Shown here in pieces: positions 62,375 through 64,000 of a DNA stretch of 64,000 nucleotides. The notes under the pieces are model-generated. The model did not search any database, was not told the DNA's origin, and saw only the letters and a list, made by a program, of their open reading frames with translations. Made by a program: the position numbers and the translations under genes. Numbering within the stretch: the first letter of the stretch is position 1; each line of letters begins with the position of its first letter. This DNA comes from a virus: positions 1-64,000 of IMG/VR virus record IMGVR_UViG_3300028394_000057; one strand, written 5' to 3'.

Positions 62375-63627
62375 TGCCTTATTCAGTAGGAGCACAAAAT
62401 TCAAATGGATGCTCAGGGTATCCAGTAGTAAAAGAAGGTGGCGAAGTAATGGGATGCCACAAGACAGAAGCAGATGCAACAGCACAGGTTCGTGCCCTGT
62501 ATGCTGCTGAAGCAGACAAGGCTGATGGTCCTAACAGTGTTAATCCATCGTCTACCCCAAACCCAACATACCCAAATGTTGGAGTGAAGACACCAACATC
62601 TATGCGTGGTGGAAAGAAAGTTAAGATTCGTAAACCAAAGAATCAACCAGGAAATGGTTCAGATAGTTCTGGTGCAGTTTCTAGTGGTGGAACATCCATT
62701 AGTTCTATGTATAAGGCAGATACAATCGTTGAAGGAGATTATGTAATGGGGCTAACAACTGAAGGTGCAGTTGTTGGTCTTGTTGAGCATGTTATGACTG
62801 AGGGTGGAGTTTATGGTGTTGCAGGAACAGAATACGCTATTCAATCCACGCCAGAAAATCCAGCAATGGCTGTTAGAATTTATGAGTATGAAGAAGATGA
62901 AGACCAATGGTGTCCAACAGCATACTCAATCGGAATGCTAATGTCCGATGCACACAAAATTGCAGAACTTGATGTAGAGGTTCAAGAACCAATGGATGGT
63001 ATGCCAGAAATGGACATGGAAGAAATGTATAAGGCTGATGGATATTCTCCAACTGCTGGAATGAAGTCTGCTGCTGCTCGTGCTATCCGTTGGAAAGAAG
63101 AAGGTAAAGCCACTGGTGCAGGAACTCCTGTAGGATGGGGTAGAGCAAGAGATATCGTAGCAGGACGCTCAATGTCTCTCAGCGTGGTCAAACGAATGTA
63201 CTCTTTTTTCTCCAGACACGAGGTAGACAAAAAAGGCAAAGACTTTAACAATACAAGTAACCCAAGCAACGGTAGAATTATGTGGGACGCTTGGGGCGGT
63301 GACGCTGGATTCTCTTGGAGTCGTGGCATTGCAACTAGAGAAGCAGATAAGGCTTTGTTTGCTGATTTTGGTAAAGATTATTCTAGAGATGAAATGTCCG
63401 TATCTAAGGGTGGTAGCGTTGGTAGCATGGTTTCTTGGAATTCTTCTGGCGGTACAGCAACAGGAAAGATTGTTAGAATTATTAGAAATGGTAAGTACAA
63501 TGTTCCTAACTCAGACTTTGCAGTAACAGGAACACCAGAAGACCCTGCCGCAGTTGTCAGAGTATATAAAGATGGTAAACCAACAGACACACTTGTTGGA
63601 CATAAACTTAAGACTCTTAGAGGATAG
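62374..63627 (+). CDS. Modular protein (head-associated domains plus two Tudor/SH3-like repeats)
   Basis: N-terminal GCH-T---A--Q--ALYA domain; KRMYSFFSRH...WGGDAG domain; duplicated TPE(N/D)PA--VR(I/V)Y domain. Confidence 0.6.
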   Translation: MPYSVGAQNSNGCSGYPVVKEGGEVMGCHKTEADATAQVRALYAAEADKADGPNSVNPSSTPNPTYPNVGVKTPTSMRGGKKVKIRKPKNQPGNGSDSSGAVSSGGTSISSMYKADTIVEGDYVMGLTTEGAVVGLVEHVMTEGGVYGVAGTEYAIQSTPENPAMAVRIYEYEEDEDQWCPTAYSIGMLMSDAHKIAELDVEVQEPMDGMPEMDMEEMYKADGYSPTAGMKSAAARAIRWKEEGKATGAGTPVGWGRARDIVAGRSMSLSVVKRMYSFFSRHEVDKKGKDFNNTSNPSNGRIMWDAWGGDAGFSWSRGIATREADKALFADFGKDYSRDEMSVSKGGSVGSMVSWNSSGGTATGKIVRIIRNGKYNVPNSDFAVTGTPEDPAAVVRVYKDGKPTDTLVGHKLKTLRG

Positions 63628-63630
63628 GTA

Positions 63631-63879
63631 ATGAAGGAACTAATTCATTTTAGTGCTACATGGTGTCAACCATGCAAACAAATGCAGCCAGTATTAGATA
63701 AGTTTCTTAGTGATAACCCAGACATTGTTTATACTAAGTATGATGCTGATGAAAATGTAAGCGTTTTCCAGGAACATGAGGTTAGGGGAGTCCCTGCTTT
63801 TATTGGCAAGGTAGATGGCAAGGAAACTTTTCACAAGGGGGCAGCCACCGAAGCCAGACTTTCCTCACTATTTGCTTGA
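63631..63879 (+). CDS. Thioredoxin
   Basis: FSATWCQPCK and VRGVP. Confidence 0.9.
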   Translation: MKELIHFSATWCQPCKQMQPVLDKFLSDNPDIVYTKYDADENVSVFQEHEVRGVPAFIGKVDGKETFHKGAATEARLSSLFA

Positions 63880-63904
63880 CAAATACCGCCATATACGGTA
63901 AAAT
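63876..63904 (+). promoter_or_regulatory. SigA promoter (TTGACA-N17-TAAAAT), leaderless
   Basis: ATG lies 6 nt downstream of the -10. Confidence 0.7.
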
Positions 63905-63910
63905 ATATAT

Positions 63911-64000
63911 ATGAGTAAACCAGATTGGGCTACACGCCTACAACGCACATTTAAACGTAAATACGACAAGGGCTATGAAGATGGCTATAACAAGGGCTGG
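63911..64000 (+). CDS. Hypothetical protein, 3'-truncated
   Basis: MSKPDWATRLQRTFKRKYDKGYEDGYNKGW runs off the window. Confidence 0.55.
   Translation, partial: MSKPDWATRLQRTFKRKYDKGYEDGYNKGW

Overview
The whole window is part of an AT-rich tailed dsDNA phage genome with a siphovirus-like layout. WhiB, DnaE-based replication and many leaderless promoters point to an actinobacterial host; a low-GC freshwater lineage is an inference. The gene order is: a 5'-truncated collagen-like fibre gene; a class II (B12-dependent) ribonucleotide reductase; head genes (portal, prohead protease/scaffold, major capsid); neck and tail genes including a 3252-aa tape-measure protein (TMP); tail-tip genes; replication and recombination genes (DnaB, primase, SSB, DnaE, MazG-like, RecA, two resolvases, Cas4-like); the terminase pair; a PA14 surface protein; membrane and lysis genes; two tRNAs; WhiB; an inverted six-gene glycosylation operon; and a stress/head-cargo block (Hsp20, Dps, a modular protein, thioredoxin). 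The most notable observations are: (1) the TMP carries about 1000 aa of inserted cargo, two HipA/PI3K-like kinase domains and an unknown domain, each fenced by repeated [FY]AxG(G)...PG[FY] linkers, suggesting a processed, injected effector polyprotein; (2) the tail-chaperone G/GT pair appears to arise from gene duplication rather than frameshifting; (3) a PA14 surface protein appears to start at AUU; (4) a Lys-Ala-delimited modular protein may be a prohead-protease substrate; (5) GATC and AGCT appear to be avoided. All family assignments come from motif recognition by eye, with no database searches.
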